A stretch of DNA of 64,000 bases from Chitinophagales bacterium (GCA_026461075.1 JAPJNH010000042.1:40166-104165), one strand, 5' to 3'. Positions 29,519-40,030 are shown, numbered from the stretch's first letter. Notes: generated from the letters alone by a model not told the origin. Made by a program: numbers and translations.

Positions 29519-29807
29519 GTCCCGAAGTTTCGGGACGTGTCTCACGAACCATATCAGATCATTATATTTTCAAGGTTCGTGGGGACACGAACCTTGACAT
29601 AGTTAATCACGTTTTTTCGAAAGATATTGGCCGTTATATACCGCCCCTACAGGGCGGAGAGAGGATTCTCTCCGTCACATATTTACGGTTGTCGCACCCC
29701 TACAGGGTGCTTTCATTAAATGTTATTCATTTTCAAGTTCGTGGGGTCCCGAACGTTCGGGACGAACCTTGGCTTGGAGTCCAATTTTTATCCCGAACAT
29801 TCGGGAT
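29519..29807. repeat. Cluster of nested GC-rich palindromic units (REP-like)
   Basis: Three copies of TCCCGAA-NN-TTCGGGA (29519-36, 29746-63, 29790-807). Two copies of a CCC-CTACA-GGG hairpin (29641-57, 29694-710). Several copies of CACGAACC / GGTTCGTG that form alternative stems (29543-96). Confidence 0.85.
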
Positions 29808-29831
29808 CTAATCATTAATTCTTAATTTTAA

Positions 29832-32800
29832 TTAGAAGTTTCTAGAAACTCCCAACGTGAAATAGTTCCAATAATTCGTGTTTTGGAATGTGAAATCACT
29901 GCTATTCATCCACAATGGGAAGTCAGCACGGATACTGATAGGTTTCGCTGTTTCTAACTTGCCAAAACGTTTAATCGTAGCAACCAATCCTAAACCTGCA
30001 TCCATAAATGGCTTTTCAATCATCGATGCGAATGGCGTTAAAATACTACCATTGTTCATACCAAGATCTGTTTGCAATAAGGCAAAATCATAGTATAAAT
30101 AGCTATCAAAATGAAGCCAATTACGTGTTGCCTTAGGACGAATTTTGATATAATCGTCAAATTCAAGTTCGTTGCTGAAACCAAATCCAGAACGACCACG
30201 CAAATTGTTCAAATTAGAACCCATATTCATCACGAACAAACTAGAATAATAATTACGCGCCATCAATCCACCACCAATTTGTAATGGAATATTCGTTGAT
30301 TGACTTGGATCATAAGCGAAGGTATTAATGTTCTGATTGACTGGTATACCAAAGCCATTCGCACGAACATACTTATTGTCTAACCATTCCTCAGGTGCAG
30401 CATTTCCTACATAAATCGCGCTCTCGTTAGGAATACTACCTTGCATTGTTGCCAAAATAGCTTTCATGCGCCATTCTAGTTTATTCATGCGCAAGCTCTG
30501 TTGGTAGCTAACTTTCTGTGAAGCATAAAAACGACCATTGCCATAATTCGCTTCATCGTTTGTTACGCCTACCGTAAAGGTACTTTGCAATAAGCCCCAA
30601 CCTTTATCAAAAGCAAAAGTTCTGTCATGACTTAAATAGGCTTTTACATGTTGATGCTCTACTAAAATAGGAGACGTCATCCCTTGGTAATAAGGAATAT
30701 ACAGGTTGGTCATTGGAGCAAAACTATAAAAGTAAATTGGCGGTAGATTGTTTAGGTATGATTGATACCCCCACAAGTTTTTATTGCTTAAATAATTGCG
30801 ATCTTTTAAGAAGTAATTCGTCACGCCAATGTTCCAAGTACTGTTCGACTTGTGCTTATATTGGAATTGCGCATTATTAACCATAAACCCGTCTTGTAAA
30901 CGACTGCCTAGGCTAAGCGAACTGTTATTGATAAACTTAGGGGTAATCGTACTGTATTGAATTTGGTAGTTAAACCAATGCATGATCGGGAATTGGTTAA
31001 ATTGATTAACCGCAGTACGTGCATCTGCCGGATCGAAGCCCGGCTTGTTATATTGTAATGGGGTATAATAGGTGTTATACCAATAAATAGGTGTAGGTGC
31101 AAAACGATAATTATACCAATCAATGGTATTTAAAGCGTGTGTATTCAAGTATAAGTTTGCGTTGAAGTTGTGTTTCAATCCCATATATCCTCCTTCAAAG
31201 TGCGCACCCGCTTTAACGCCATCAATAGCATTCCACCAAGCAATTGGACGCCAGCTTAATTTATATTCACTGCGATTGTTTGGTTGATTCACCATATAAT
31301 CAAAACGCAATTTACTTGGGTACTCCAAGTAATTATCCATTGGCCAAACATCCGCCAAACGCTTAGTAGTGTCAATGATTACTTGTTCAATCTCGTCCTG
31401 CAACTGAACCTTAAACGTATAAGTCTCATTCAACTTACCCCAGCCCGTCCATTTAGGCAGAATAGTCGCTGTTGTCTTCTTTTCAAACCATGTATTTGGA
31501 ATATGATAAGCGTACTTTAAACCGCTCTCATCCGTCACTAGTAAATCAATCGGCATCTGCATTTCACCCTTACGCTCTAAGGTAATATTATAGGTATTAT
31601 GTCCGAGTGCTTTTGTCTTTGCTACGGAATAGTCGATGGTTTTCGAAGTCTCCATCCATTGGTCAAAAAACCAATTCAAATCAACTTTAGTATAATCGAT
31701 AATGCTCTGTCTGAAATCTTCCGGATAAGGATGCGCTATTTTGTATTGGTTGAAGTAATTACTGAAAGCTCCCCAGAATAAGCTATCACCTAAAACATAC
31801 TGCAAATTGAACAACATCGTACTTGTTTTGAAATACACATTACGATATCCTCCACCATGACCTAGTGCGGAGTTGAAGTCGTCTGAATGCGTATTTAGTG
31901 TGCTATTGTCTTGACGAATGGCATCACTCATATAACCATTATAGGTCTCTGAATTTAGAATGAAATCTGTTTGACGATGTTTGTTACCAAATGACTTTGG
32001 GTCTCCTTCTATAATGCGTTTAGGGCCGTCAATAGCTATACAGGCGTTTGAATTCAAGAATTGTGTAAAACCCTCATCTAACATGGCACGATAGGTTTCG
32101 TTGTTTCCAACCATCCCAAAGAACCAGTTATGACCCACCTCATGTGCTAATAAATCGCGGTAGTTCGGGTCCCAACCCCCGTCTAAGGTCAACATCGGAT
32201 ATTCCATGCCATCTTGCGCATCCGCCACTACCATTTTAGGGTATGCATACATTCCAACGCGGCTAGAGTAGTAGGCAATAACTTTTGCAGTATAATCCGC
32301 AGCATTTTGCCAACCCCACGCATGGCCTTCTTGCGCTAAAGAAATGATTCGAATACCATTCCAATTCGCTTCTCCGATACGATAACTCGGATCGGCCGTC
32401 CACGCTACGTCATGCACATTGATTGCATGATAACGCCATGTTTTTTTCTGACCAGGAACGTATGGTAAAACGCTTTTGTCGAGCGTGGTTCCTGCCTTGA
32501 CAAAGTTCTTTATATCTAACTTTTCTCTCAACTCTTTAGGTAGCACTTCCGCTTCGTTAGTAATTGAACCCGTAGCTTCCATTATATAGTTGCTGCTAAT
32601 GGTCATGGAGAAATCAAAACAACCATAATCACCGTAAAATTCTTTGCCTAAATGTTGTTGACGATCCCAACCCATTTTGCGATCATATACACAGATACGC
32701 GGGTACCAATGCACACCATCGTAGTGGCGATAACCAGCTTCGTCATGATGCCCTTGTACATCGAATTTCTTCATACGACGACGTTGACTACCGGAGTCGA

Positions 32801-33341
32801 AATAAGTTTTGAAACCAATTTCAAAACGCACTTGGGCATTCGGTGCAATTGGATGCGGTAAACGTATTCTTAAAATAGTATTATCGTACGTAAGTGCACT
32901 TTTGTCTAGCGTTACGCCTTGATATTGAATGCTTTCGATGGTTGTACCTAAACCCTTACTTTCATATTTGGTGCCCCATTTCGTATGAAAATTATTTGCA
33001 TTATTTAAGCGATCCAAATAAGAACCTGGTTGAAAAGCGTTTTGATATAAGTGGAAAAACACCTCTTTTAAAGTATCAGGAGAATTGTTGGTATAGATTA
33101 AGGTTTCAGCACCGCTAACTACATCTGCCACTTCGTCCATCTCCACATCGATGATATAATGTACATCCTGTTGCCAATAACCAGGGTAGGGAAGTCTGTT
33201 CTTCCAATAATAAGGATTATTCGCACTTTGGAAATCGTTTTCAGGAATTGCTCTTTGCGCCTTTCCTACCGGAGCCATCGGCTGAGCTATAGAAATACTT
33301 ATCAAACAGCTAAAAAATGCTGTTAAGAGTGTTCTTTTCAT
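29832..33341 (-). CDS. M1-family (aminopeptidase N-like) zinc metallopeptidase with a ~550-aa C-terminal extension
   Basis: HEVGHNWF-(x18)-E gluzincin motif and GMEYP (GAMEN-like) motif in the N-terminal half. Signal peptide from the ATG at 33341 (MKRTLLTAFFSCLISISIAQ). The C-terminal half is rich in aromatic/Gly/Asn residues and ends ...TLGVSRNF. Confidence 0.8.
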   Translation of the reverse strand: MKRTLLTAFFSCLISISIAQPMAPVGKAQRAIPENDFQSANNPYYWKNRLPYPGYWQQDVHYIIDVEMDEVADVVSGAETLIYTNNSPDTLKEVFFHLYQNAFQPGSYLDRLNNANNFHTKWGTKYESKGLGTTIESIQYQGVTLDKSALTYDNTILRIRLPHPIAPNAQVRFEIGFKTYFDSGSQRRRMKKFDVQGHHDEAGYRHYDGVHWYPRICVYDRKMGWDRQQHLGKEFYGDYGCFDFSMTISSNYIMEATGSITNEAEVLPKELREKLDIKNFVKAGTTLDKSVLPYVPGQKKTWRYHAINVHDVAWTADPSYRIGEANWNGIRIISLAQEGHAWGWQNAADYTAKVIAYYSSRVGMYAYPKMVVADAQDGMEYPMLTLDGGWDPNYRDLLAHEVGHNWFFGMVGNNETYRAMLDEGFTQFLNSNACIAIDGPKRIIEGDPKSFGNKHRQTDFILNSETYNGYMSDAIRQDNSTLNTHSDDFNSALGHGGGYRNVYFKTSTMLFNLQYVLGDSLFWGAFSNYFNQYKIAHPYPEDFRQSIIDYTKVDLNWFFDQWMETSKTIDYSVAKTKALGHNTYNITLERKGEMQMPIDLLVTDESGLKYAYHIPNTWFEKKTTATILPKWTGWGKLNETYTFKVQLQDEIEQVIIDTTKRLADVWPMDNYLEYPSKLRFDYMVNQPNNRSEYKLSWRPIAWWNAIDGVKAGAHFEGGYMGLKHNFNANLYLNTHALNTIDWYNYRFAPTPIYWYNTYYTPLQYNKPGFDPADARTAVNQFNQFPIMHWFNYQIQYSTITPKFINNSSLSLGSRLQDGFMVNNAQFQYKHKSNSTWNIGVTNYFLKDRNYLSNKNLWGYQSYLNNLPPIYFYSFAPMTNLYIPYYQGMTSPILVEHQHVKAYLSHDRTFAFDKGWGLLQSTFTVGVTNDEANYGNGRFYASQKVSYQQSLRMNKLEWRMKAILATMQGSIPNESAIYVGNAAPEEWLDNKYVRANGFGIPVNQNINTFAYDPSQSTNIPLQIGGGLMARNYYSSLFVMNMGSNLNNLRGRSGFGFSNELEFDDYIKIRPKATRNWLHFDSYLYYDFALLQTDLGMNNGSILTPFASMIEKPFMDAGLGLVATIKRFGKLETAKPISIRADFPLWMNSSDFTFQNTNYWNYFTLGVSRNF

Positions 33342-33646
33342 ACTTGTCTGTTTGCGTCTAAGATACAAATTAATCCGTTTTTCGAAACGACTAAACGTTG
33401 CTAAATTCCTGCTAAAAATACGTTTCGAAAAATGTCTAGCCATTCGTGATTTGATTTAATTGTTAATTGTTTCTTAAATCGATTCTGCTTTGAATTCTAA
33501 ATCATTGATTTTTAGATTGATTCAGATGCATTAATTCTAAGTTTTAGAATCATTCCCAAAATGGAAATTCATTATTCCCTTAAAGGTGTATTTTAGTTGT
33601 TCAAAGACTCACCCAAACTAGTCTATGAATAAACAAACACCACAAA

Positions 33647-34081
33647 ATGAGAAACACAATTTTGGCATTAATATTTATGTTATTGCCGCTTAGTAGCTTA
33701 CTTGCACAAGATTGCACGCAGGTAAGTCAAGAACAAAATACGCTTGTATCTCTTTTTAAAGAAAAAGGATTTGTTGTAAAAACAGGAAAAGAGATGCGCT
33801 TTATTTCCGGTAATGAAGTAAAGGAGAAATTAACACTTACTGGCGGTAAACAATATGTGTTGATGATGGTTACTGAAAAAATGATTGATCAGTCAGGAAT
33901 CTCACTTCTAAATAACTTCGGACTAATTGTTTCGAGTACTTTCAAAGAAACAGGCAATGATCGTCACTTGATTTTAATAGAGTACAAACCTACGACTACT
34001 GCTGATTTTACTGCAGCCTTTAAAATGATTGACTTCGAAGGAAGAACCGTTTGCGGTTTCTGGACGCTATTTGAAAAGTAA
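33647..34081 (+). CDS. Small secreted hypothetical protein
   Basis: Signal peptide MRNTILALIFMLLPLSSLLAQ. No known motif. Confidence 0.5.
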   Translation: MRNTILALIFMLLPLSSLLAQDCTQVSQEQNTLVSLFKEKGFVVKTGKEMRFISGNEVKEKLTLTGGKQYVLMMVTEKMIDQSGISLLNNFGLIVSSTFKETGNDRHLILIEYKPTTTADFTAAFKMIDFEGRTVCGFWTLFEK

Positions 34082-34090
34082 TTTCTAGTA

Positions 34091-35284
34091 TTAATATTCG
34101 AAGGTCCCCTTATCTGATTGTATCGTTAAGTGGGCCTTTTCTTTTTTCATCGCTTCCACACGACCAGTAATTTGCGCCTTGATATTGAAAGATGCAGCAA
34201 TCGCTAGAATAGATTCGGCAGCCTCAGCAGTGGTATACACTTCCATGCGTTGTCCCATATTATAAACCTGATACATCTCTTTCCAATCCGTGCCAGAGGA
34301 CGCTTGGATCAATTCAAAAACAGGCGCTACCGGTAGCAAATTGTGCTTGATGATATGTACGCCTTTTGCAAAATGTAAAATCTTCGTTTGTCCGCCACCA
34401 CTACAATGTATTACACTATGAATCGCATCTCTGTGCTTTTCTAGTAGTTGTTTTACCAAAGGAGCATAAGAACGTGTAGGACTCAATAATAACTCACCAA
34501 TCGTTTTTCCAGTTCCTTCATGCACTTCACTTAAGCGATGCTTGCCTCTGAAAACGACCTCCTTGCTCAAGTTCAAATCGTAGGCCTCAGGATAGTTTTC
34601 AGCGTAATAGTTACTCAAAGTATCATGACGAGCTGCCGTTAATCCATTACTGCCAATACCGCTATTATAAGTAGTTTCGTAGCTTGTTTGCCCCTCCGAA
34701 CTAAATCCGATAATCACATCACCAACCGCAATTTTATCATTACTAATTACCTCCGAACGTTTCATGCGACAGGTCATAGTGCCATCTACCAAAACGGTTT
34801 TCACAACATCTCCTAAATCCGCCGTCTCTCCTCCCATAAAGTGAATTTCAACGCCTGCTGCCTTCAACTCATCCATTACCGTTTGATGTCCCTGAATTAA
34901 AGCCGCTAAAGGAGCTGCTGGGAACAAGGCTTTATTTCTTCCAATGGTCGAAGTATATAAAAACGGTCCTGTAGCACCCGCGCAGATCAAATCATCCAAA
35001 TTCATGACAATCGCATCTTGCGCTATATGTTTCCATACATTTTGATCGCCCGTCTCTTTCCAGTACAAATACGCTAAAATGGATTTTGTCCCAGCGCCGT
35101 CTGCATGACTAATTAAGCAATAATCAGAATCACCGGTTAATGTGTCTGGATATACCTTGCAGAAGGCATTTGGAAAAAGACCTTTGTCAAGATTTGCAAT
35201 TGCTGCATGGACATCTTCTTTCGTGGCGCTAACACCAAGTTGCTGATAACGGGCTGATGCGTTCAATTTTCTACTTTTTTGCAA
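34091..35284 (-). CDS. purM: Phosphoribosylformylglycinamidine cyclo-ligase (AIR synthase, Bacteroidota long form)
   Basis: YQQLGVSATKEDVH...FCKVYPD...ISHADGAGTKS, plus PurM-like N and C domains. Confidence 0.75.
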   Translation of the reverse strand: MQKSRKLNASARYQQLGVSATKEDVHAAIANLDKGLFPNAFCKVYPDTLTGDSDYCLISHADGAGTKSILAYLYWKETGDQNVWKHIAQDAIVMNLDDLICAGATGPFLYTSTIGRNKALFPAAPLAALIQGHQTVMDELKAAGVEIHFMGGETADLGDVVKTVLVDGTMTCRMKRSEVISNDKIAVGDVIIGFSSEGQTSYETTYNSGIGSNGLTAARHDTLSNYYAENYPEAYDLNLSKEVVFRGKHRLSEVHEGTGKTIGELLLSPTRSYAPLVKQLLEKHRDAIHSVIHCSGGGQTKILHFAKGVHIIKHNLLPVAPVFELIQASSGTDWKEMYQVYNMGQRMEVYTTAEAAESILAIAASFNIKAQITGRVEAMKKEKAHLTIQSDKGTFEY

Positions 35285-35392
35285 ATATACGACCTCCCTT
35301 TAGCATTATTTAATGCTTCGCCACATAAACTTTTGCATATTTTTTTTATATTTGGTACAATATCTATTTTATATCCTTAAACACGAATCACA

Positions 35393-36064
35393 ATGGCAGC
35401 TCCAGAGCGCGTAAAAATCCTAATTGCAGATGATCACCAGTTGATTATCGACACTTTAACATTGTTGTTGAAGGATGCTCCGGATATGGATGTCCTGGAA
35501 GAAGCCAATAATGGCGAAGAAGTAATGCAAATTCTTCAACGCCGTAAAGTTGATTTGGTATTAATGGATATTGAAATGCCAGAACTAGACGGTATTGAAG
35601 CAACGAAACAAATTCGTGCAAAATACCCAGATGTTAAAGTAATGGCATTGAGTGGTACAAAAGAGAAGAAAACCATCACCAAGATGTTAGATGCCGGCGC
35701 AGCTGGTTTCGTTTTGAAAAATTGTACCAAAGATGAATTGATTTCCGCTATTCGTAAAATCGCTCGCGGTAGTAAATACTTCTCAAGCGACGTTTCTGAA
35801 GCCTTAATGGATATCATGGCGGAAAGCAAGGAAAAGCAAAAGTCGGTGACTGCTGTTATCCAACGTGATCAATTAACCCCTCGTGAAATCGAAATTATCA
35901 AGTTATTAGCAGAAGGGATGTCTAGTCCGGATATCGCTAAAAAGCTATTCCGCTCTTCGCGTACCATCGATACGCATAGAACCAATATTATGAAAAAAAT
36001 CGGTGTGCATAATATCGCAGGCTTAATCAAATATGCCATTCAAAATGGTATCATAGAAGGTTAA
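35393..36064 (+). CDS. NarL/LuxR-family response regulator (REC + HTH_LuxR)
   Basis: ILIADDH, LMDIEMPELDG and KVMALSG motifs. C-terminal LTPREIEIIKLLAEGMSSPDIAKKLFRSSRTIDTHRTNIMKKIGV. Confidence 0.9.
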   Translation: MAAPERVKILIADDHQLIIDTLTLLLKDAPDMDVLEEANNGEEVMQILQRRKVDLVLMDIEMPELDGIEATKQIRAKYPDVKVMALSGTKEKKTITKMLDAGAAGFVLKNCTKDELISAIRKIARGSKYFSSDVSEALMDIMAESKEKQKSVTAVIQRDQLTPREIEIIKLLAEGMSSPDIAKKLFRSSRTIDTHRTNIMKKIGVHNIAGLIKYAIQNGIIEG

Positions 36065-36097
36065 GCACGATAAGGCGGCCGGCTAAATGGATGATGG

Positions 36098-36871
36098 ATG
36101 ATGAGAACAAAAAAAGATATTGTAGAAAACTGGTTGCCTCGCTATACGGGCCTGCAGTTAGAGCAGTTCACGCCCTATGTACTGCTAACTAATTTCGAAT
36201 CTTATCTAGATAAGTTTTGTGCCTTTACTGGTGCAACCATACGCACCAGCGGAGTGGCTATGCCTGCTGCAGTTGGCGACGGAATTACCATGATCAACTT
36301 CGGTATGGGAAGCGCAAATGCCGCCACCGTCATGGATTTATTAAGTAGCATTCAGCCTAAAGCAGTTTTGTTTTTGGGTAAATGCGGTGGCTTGAAAAAA
36401 GAACCAGGCGTCGGTGGATTAGTTCTTCCGATTGCTGCCGTTAGAGGCGAAGGAACTTCCAACGACTACTTTCCTGTAGAAGTGCCCGCCTTACCTGCTT
36501 TCGCCCTTCAAAAGGCTATTTCAACTACGATACGAGATTACGAATTAGACTATTGGACCGGTACTGTTTATACCACGAACCGTCGTGTTTGGGAATGGGA
36601 TGAAAAGTTTAAAGATTATCTCAGCATGATTCGTGTTCGTGCGATTGATATGGAAACGGCTACCGTCTTTTCAGTCGCCTTTGCAAATAAAATCCCAAGT
36701 GGTGCTCTATTACTTGTTAGCGACCTGCCAATGACACCAGAAGGGGTGAAAACAATCGAAAGTGATCTTGCGGTTTCTAAAAATTATGTAGATAACCATA
36801 TTCGTATTGGAATCGATTCCTTAAAGCAATTAATTAATAACGGACATACCGTAAAACATCTGAAATTCTAA
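36098..36871 (+). CDS. PNP/UDP-1 family nucleosidase (short AMP nucleosidase-like)
   Basis: About 257 aa. GMGSANAATVMDLL and DMETATVF motifs of nucleoside phosphorylase family 1. Confidence 0.65.
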   Translation: MMRTKKDIVENWLPRYTGLQLEQFTPYVLLTNFESYLDKFCAFTGATIRTSGVAMPAAVGDGITMINFGMGSANAATVMDLLSSIQPKAVLFLGKCGGLKKEPGVGGLVLPIAAVRGEGTSNDYFPVEVPALPAFALQKAISTTIRDYELDYWTGTVYTTNRRVWEWDEKFKDYLSMIRVRAIDMETATVFSVAFANKIPSGALLLVSDLPMTPEGVKTIESDLAVSKNYVDNHIRIGIDSLKQLINNGHTVKHLKF

Positions 36872-37887
36872 TGGCATTAAGTGCTGAAGATATCATTGGT
36901 CAGATTAAAAAAGGAGCCATCAAGCCTGTTTATTTTTTAGCAGGAGAGGAGGCGTACTATATCGATGAGATAACACATTTTGCCGAAGAGAATTTGATTT
37001 CCGAAGCCGAACGTAGCTTTAACCAAGTTGTTTTCTACGGTAAAGAAACCAATTGGCGCCAACTACTTGAAGCACTCAATCGCTTTCCTATGATGGCGGC
37101 TCGTCAAGTAGTCGTACTTCGCGAAGCACAAGATTTTAAAGATTGGGATGAACTAGAAAATTATTTCAATCGACCCGTGCCTAGCACCGTCTTTTTAATA
37201 GCGTATAAATCAACCATAGATAAGCGTCGCAAATTTGCAAAAACAGTTACCAAAAGTGATTCCATCTTATATTTTGAATCCAACCCAATCAAGGAGTGGG
37301 ATATAGAGAATTGGATGAAACAATATGTAGCAGAGAAAGGTTATAAGATTTCTACCGTTACTGCAGCCATTCTAAAAGAATATCTCGGCACACAATTGCA
37401 GGTAATCGTAAATGAACTATCGAAGTTGATGCTCAATGTGCCGAAGGGTAAAGAAATTACAGCTGAAGATATTGAGAAATGGATTGGTATCAGTAAGGAG
37501 TTTAATGTGTTTGAATTAACCAAATCCTTAGGTGCGCGTGATGTGGTTAAAGCACAGAAGTTTGTCCACTATTGCCGTGCCAATGCCAAATCGAATCCAT
37601 TACCGATGGTCATCGGAACCCTTTATACCTATTTTTCGAAGCTGTATTTAATGTCGCTGGAACCCAACGCCGCAGATGCCCGAATTCTGGCTTTGGCAGG
37701 CTTGTCGCCGAACAATAGAAGTGCATTGATGGATTATCGTGTTGCCTTACGAAATTATCCAATGAAACGTGTAGAAAGAGCCTTGTCGCTCCTTCAAGAA
37801 TATGATCTTAAATTCAAAGGCGTGAATAATGTGAGTATGGACGAAGGGCAGCTCTTACAAGAAATGGTTATTAAGATTTTACAATAA
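36871..37887 (+). CDS. holA: DNA polymerase III subunit delta
   Basis: Typical N-terminus (..IKKGAIKPVYFLAGEEAYYIDE) and length. The ATG overlaps the upstream stop by 1 nt. Confidence 0.8.
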   Translation: MALSAEDIIGQIKKGAIKPVYFLAGEEAYYIDEITHFAEENLISEAERSFNQVVFYGKETNWRQLLEALNRFPMMAARQVVVLREAQDFKDWDELENYFNRPVPSTVFLIAYKSTIDKRRKFAKTVTKSDSILYFESNPIKEWDIENWMKQYVAEKGYKISTVTAAILKEYLGTQLQVIVNELSKLMLNVPKGKEITAEDIEKWIGISKEFNVFELTKSLGARDVVKAQKFVHYCRANAKSNPLPMVIGTLYTYFSKLYLMSLEPNAADARILALAGLSPNNRSALMDYRVALRNYPMKRVERALSLLQEYDLKFKGVNNVSMDEGQLLQEMVIKILQ

Positions 37888-37909
37888 GCATCTAGCTTTA
37901 AACTAAAAA

Positions 37910-37933
37910 AGCCTCCCTAAGGAGGCTTTTTTT
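37910..37933. terminator. Bidirectional rho-independent terminator
   Basis: AGCCTCC-ctaa-GGAGGCT flanked by A6 and T7, between convergent genes. Confidence 0.8.
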
Positions 37934-37947
37934 ATGGAACATTCTAT

Positions 37948-39999
37948 TTAGTTCTTAACAGGTAAGAAACTGTATTCTTTGCCATATTCCATCATTTGTT
38001 GGAAGAAGGAATTTGGATACATTACTTTCACATCAGTGATTTCATTTCCTTTCATTAATGGCACCAATTTAGGTTGGATGAATCCTTTGTAAGGTTTTAA
38101 TCCTAATGTCGTAAAACGAGTTAAAACTTCTTTCAAAAGATCTTGATCTACTTGTACACCATATCCTTCTACTAAAGCTTTGGCAGCTGCATAATCTCCT
38201 TCAGACTTGATACGTTGAATTTCACGAAGTAATTGACCGAATAAATCACGCAATTTATTGTAATCATTAATGCGAACAAATGTTTTACCATCACGCTTTA
38301 CAAACTCAATGACATTGTCTTTTTTACCCATTTCATAAGCCCATTTCGCATTCAGTTGACGATTACGCATATGCGCTTCCTCCAAGTTGTCACCCATTTT
38401 CAAACGAGTCAATTGCATAATTAAGCCATTGGTAATGTAATTGTCATATTGCGCTTTAGCAACATCCATATTTGGCATAACGCCTAACTCAACTATTTTC
38501 GGATCCATGATAAAGTATAAACCTACTAAATCAGCACGTGCTTCTTCCAAGCAACTAGCATAGTTTTTCAAGGTCTTATCTGTTGTTTCTACACCAGGGT
38601 TGATCTGACCAGAAGCATGACCAATACATTCGTGCATATCTGTATGCAAATCGCTCGATAGCGCTCCATATTTTTTATAACGTTGAATCACCTCTTGATC
38701 ATAACCAAACTCATCGAAGGTTCCTTTTACTGCGCTCATCGCATTATACGATGCAATGATATTACTTAAAGAAACAGACTTGCTACCGTGCTCTTTACGA
38801 ATCCAATCTGCGTTCGGCAAGTTGATACCAATTGGAGTGGCAGGGGCTGCATCTCCGCTTTCAACGATTACAGTTATCGCTTTAGCAGTGATTCCTTTTA
38901 CCGTTTTCTTTTTGTGCATATCACTAATCGGAGAGTGGTCTTCGAACCATTGCGCGTTTTCTGCAATCGCTTTAATACGCTTCGTAGCCTCCATATCTTT
39001 GATACTTACAACGCTCTCATAACTTGCTTTTTTACCAATCGCATCTAAGTATACTTCGATGAAACCGTTTACACAATCAATGCGCGATTCAGTATCTTTT
39101 ACCCATGCCAAGCAATAAGCATCAAAATCCTTTACTTCTCCTGATTGATAAAATTTTACAAGCTTTTGTAAGGCGTCTTTTTGTTGCTCATTTTCAGCAA
39201 CACCAACAGCCAAATTCAACCAGTAAACCATCTTTTCGATAGCGGCGCCATACATGCCACCCACTTTCCAAGGACGTTCTACGATCTGACCATTTTCCTT
39301 TACCACTTTAGTGTTCAAACCCCAAGAAGGTGCATCACCGGCTGTTGGGAATTTATCATAATAAGCTTCAACTTCCTTCTGTGTAACTCCTTCGTAGAAG
39401 TTATTGCTAGAAGCAACAACGTTATCAATACCCGGACGTAAGTCCACACATTTAGGGTCTACATTTTTATCAAAGAATAAAGGTTGAACACGTGTTAAGA
39501 ATTGCTCTAGGCTTTCCCCTTGATTAGTTGGAAAACCTTTTGCATTAGAAGCTAATGCTACGCTTTTGAAATAATCCCACGAACAGGTTGGGATGAATTT
39601 TTCATTGCCATAGTGATGGTGATTGCCATTGCTAAACCAAAACTGACCACAATACGCTTCGAAGTTTTTCCAATCAGCGCTGTTCTTGTCGCCACTATAA
39701 GTGCCGTACATATTCTCTAGCGTCTTACGCAACAAAATCCCGTTTCTGTCTTTTTGGTCATAGATCATATCACGACCACTCAGAGCAGCTTGATACAAGT
39801 AATAAGCCAATTTTTTCTGTTGAAGAGTCAACTCTTCAAATCCAGGAATTTGATAACGTAACAATTGCAAATCAGCAAACGACTCAGCCGCTACTTGAAA
39901 GCTTTCAGGCTTATTCGTCACTTTTTCTTCAGTACTTTGAAAAGAGAAAAGTCCTAAACTTAAGGACAATGCACTTATTCCAAGGATTGTTTTTTTCAT
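37948..39999 (-). CDS. M49-family dipeptidyl-peptidase III-like metallopeptidase, secreted or lipoprotein
   Basis: HECIGH (HExxGH) and EEARAD (EExR(A/K)(E/D)) zinc motifs. Signal peptide present. Confidence 0.75.
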   Translation of the reverse strand: MKKTILGISALSLSLGLFSFQSTEEKVTNKPESFQVAAESFADLQLLRYQIPGFEELTLQQKKLAYYLYQAALSGRDMIYDQKDRNGILLRKTLENMYGTYSGDKNSADWKNFEAYCGQFWFSNGNHHHYGNEKFIPTCSWDYFKSVALASNAKGFPTNQGESLEQFLTRVQPLFFDKNVDPKCVDLRPGIDNVVASSNNFYEGVTQKEVEAYYDKFPTAGDAPSWGLNTKVVKENGQIVERPWKVGGMYGAAIEKMVYWLNLAVGVAENEQQKDALQKLVKFYQSGEVKDFDAYCLAWVKDTESRIDCVNGFIEVYLDAIGKKASYESVVSIKDMEATKRIKAIAENAQWFEDHSPISDMHKKKTVKGITAKAITVIVESGDAAPATPIGINLPNADWIRKEHGSKSVSLSNIIASYNAMSAVKGTFDEFGYDQEVIQRYKKYGALSSDLHTDMHECIGHASGQINPGVETTDKTLKNYASCLEEARADLVGLYFIMDPKIVELGVMPNMDVAKAQYDNYITNGLIMQLTRLKMGDNLEEAHMRNRQLNAKWAYEMGKKDNVIEFVKRDGKTFVRINDYNKLRDLFGQLLREIQRIKSEGDYAAAKALVEGYGVQVDQDLLKEVLTRFTTLGLKPYKGFIQPKLVPLMKGNEITDVKVMYPNSFFQQMMEYGKEYSFLPVKN

Positions 40000-40030
40000 C
40001 TTATGAGGTTTAAGGGTACTAATTTATAAA

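Noticed and set aside
29519-29807. Possible CRISPR array
   Set aside because: The repeated units are themselves short palindromes of 16-18 bp, irregularly spaced and of several different types. There are no uniform repeat-spacer periodicity and no cas genes.
33342-33443. N-terminal extensions in track ORFs (also 22159-22200, 45344-45391, 10680-10706, 28226-28258, 15800-15832, 57518-57649)
   Set aside because: In each case an internal start codon gives a canonical signal peptide or lipobox, or removes an overlap with a neighbouring gene. The extensions are probably non-coding.
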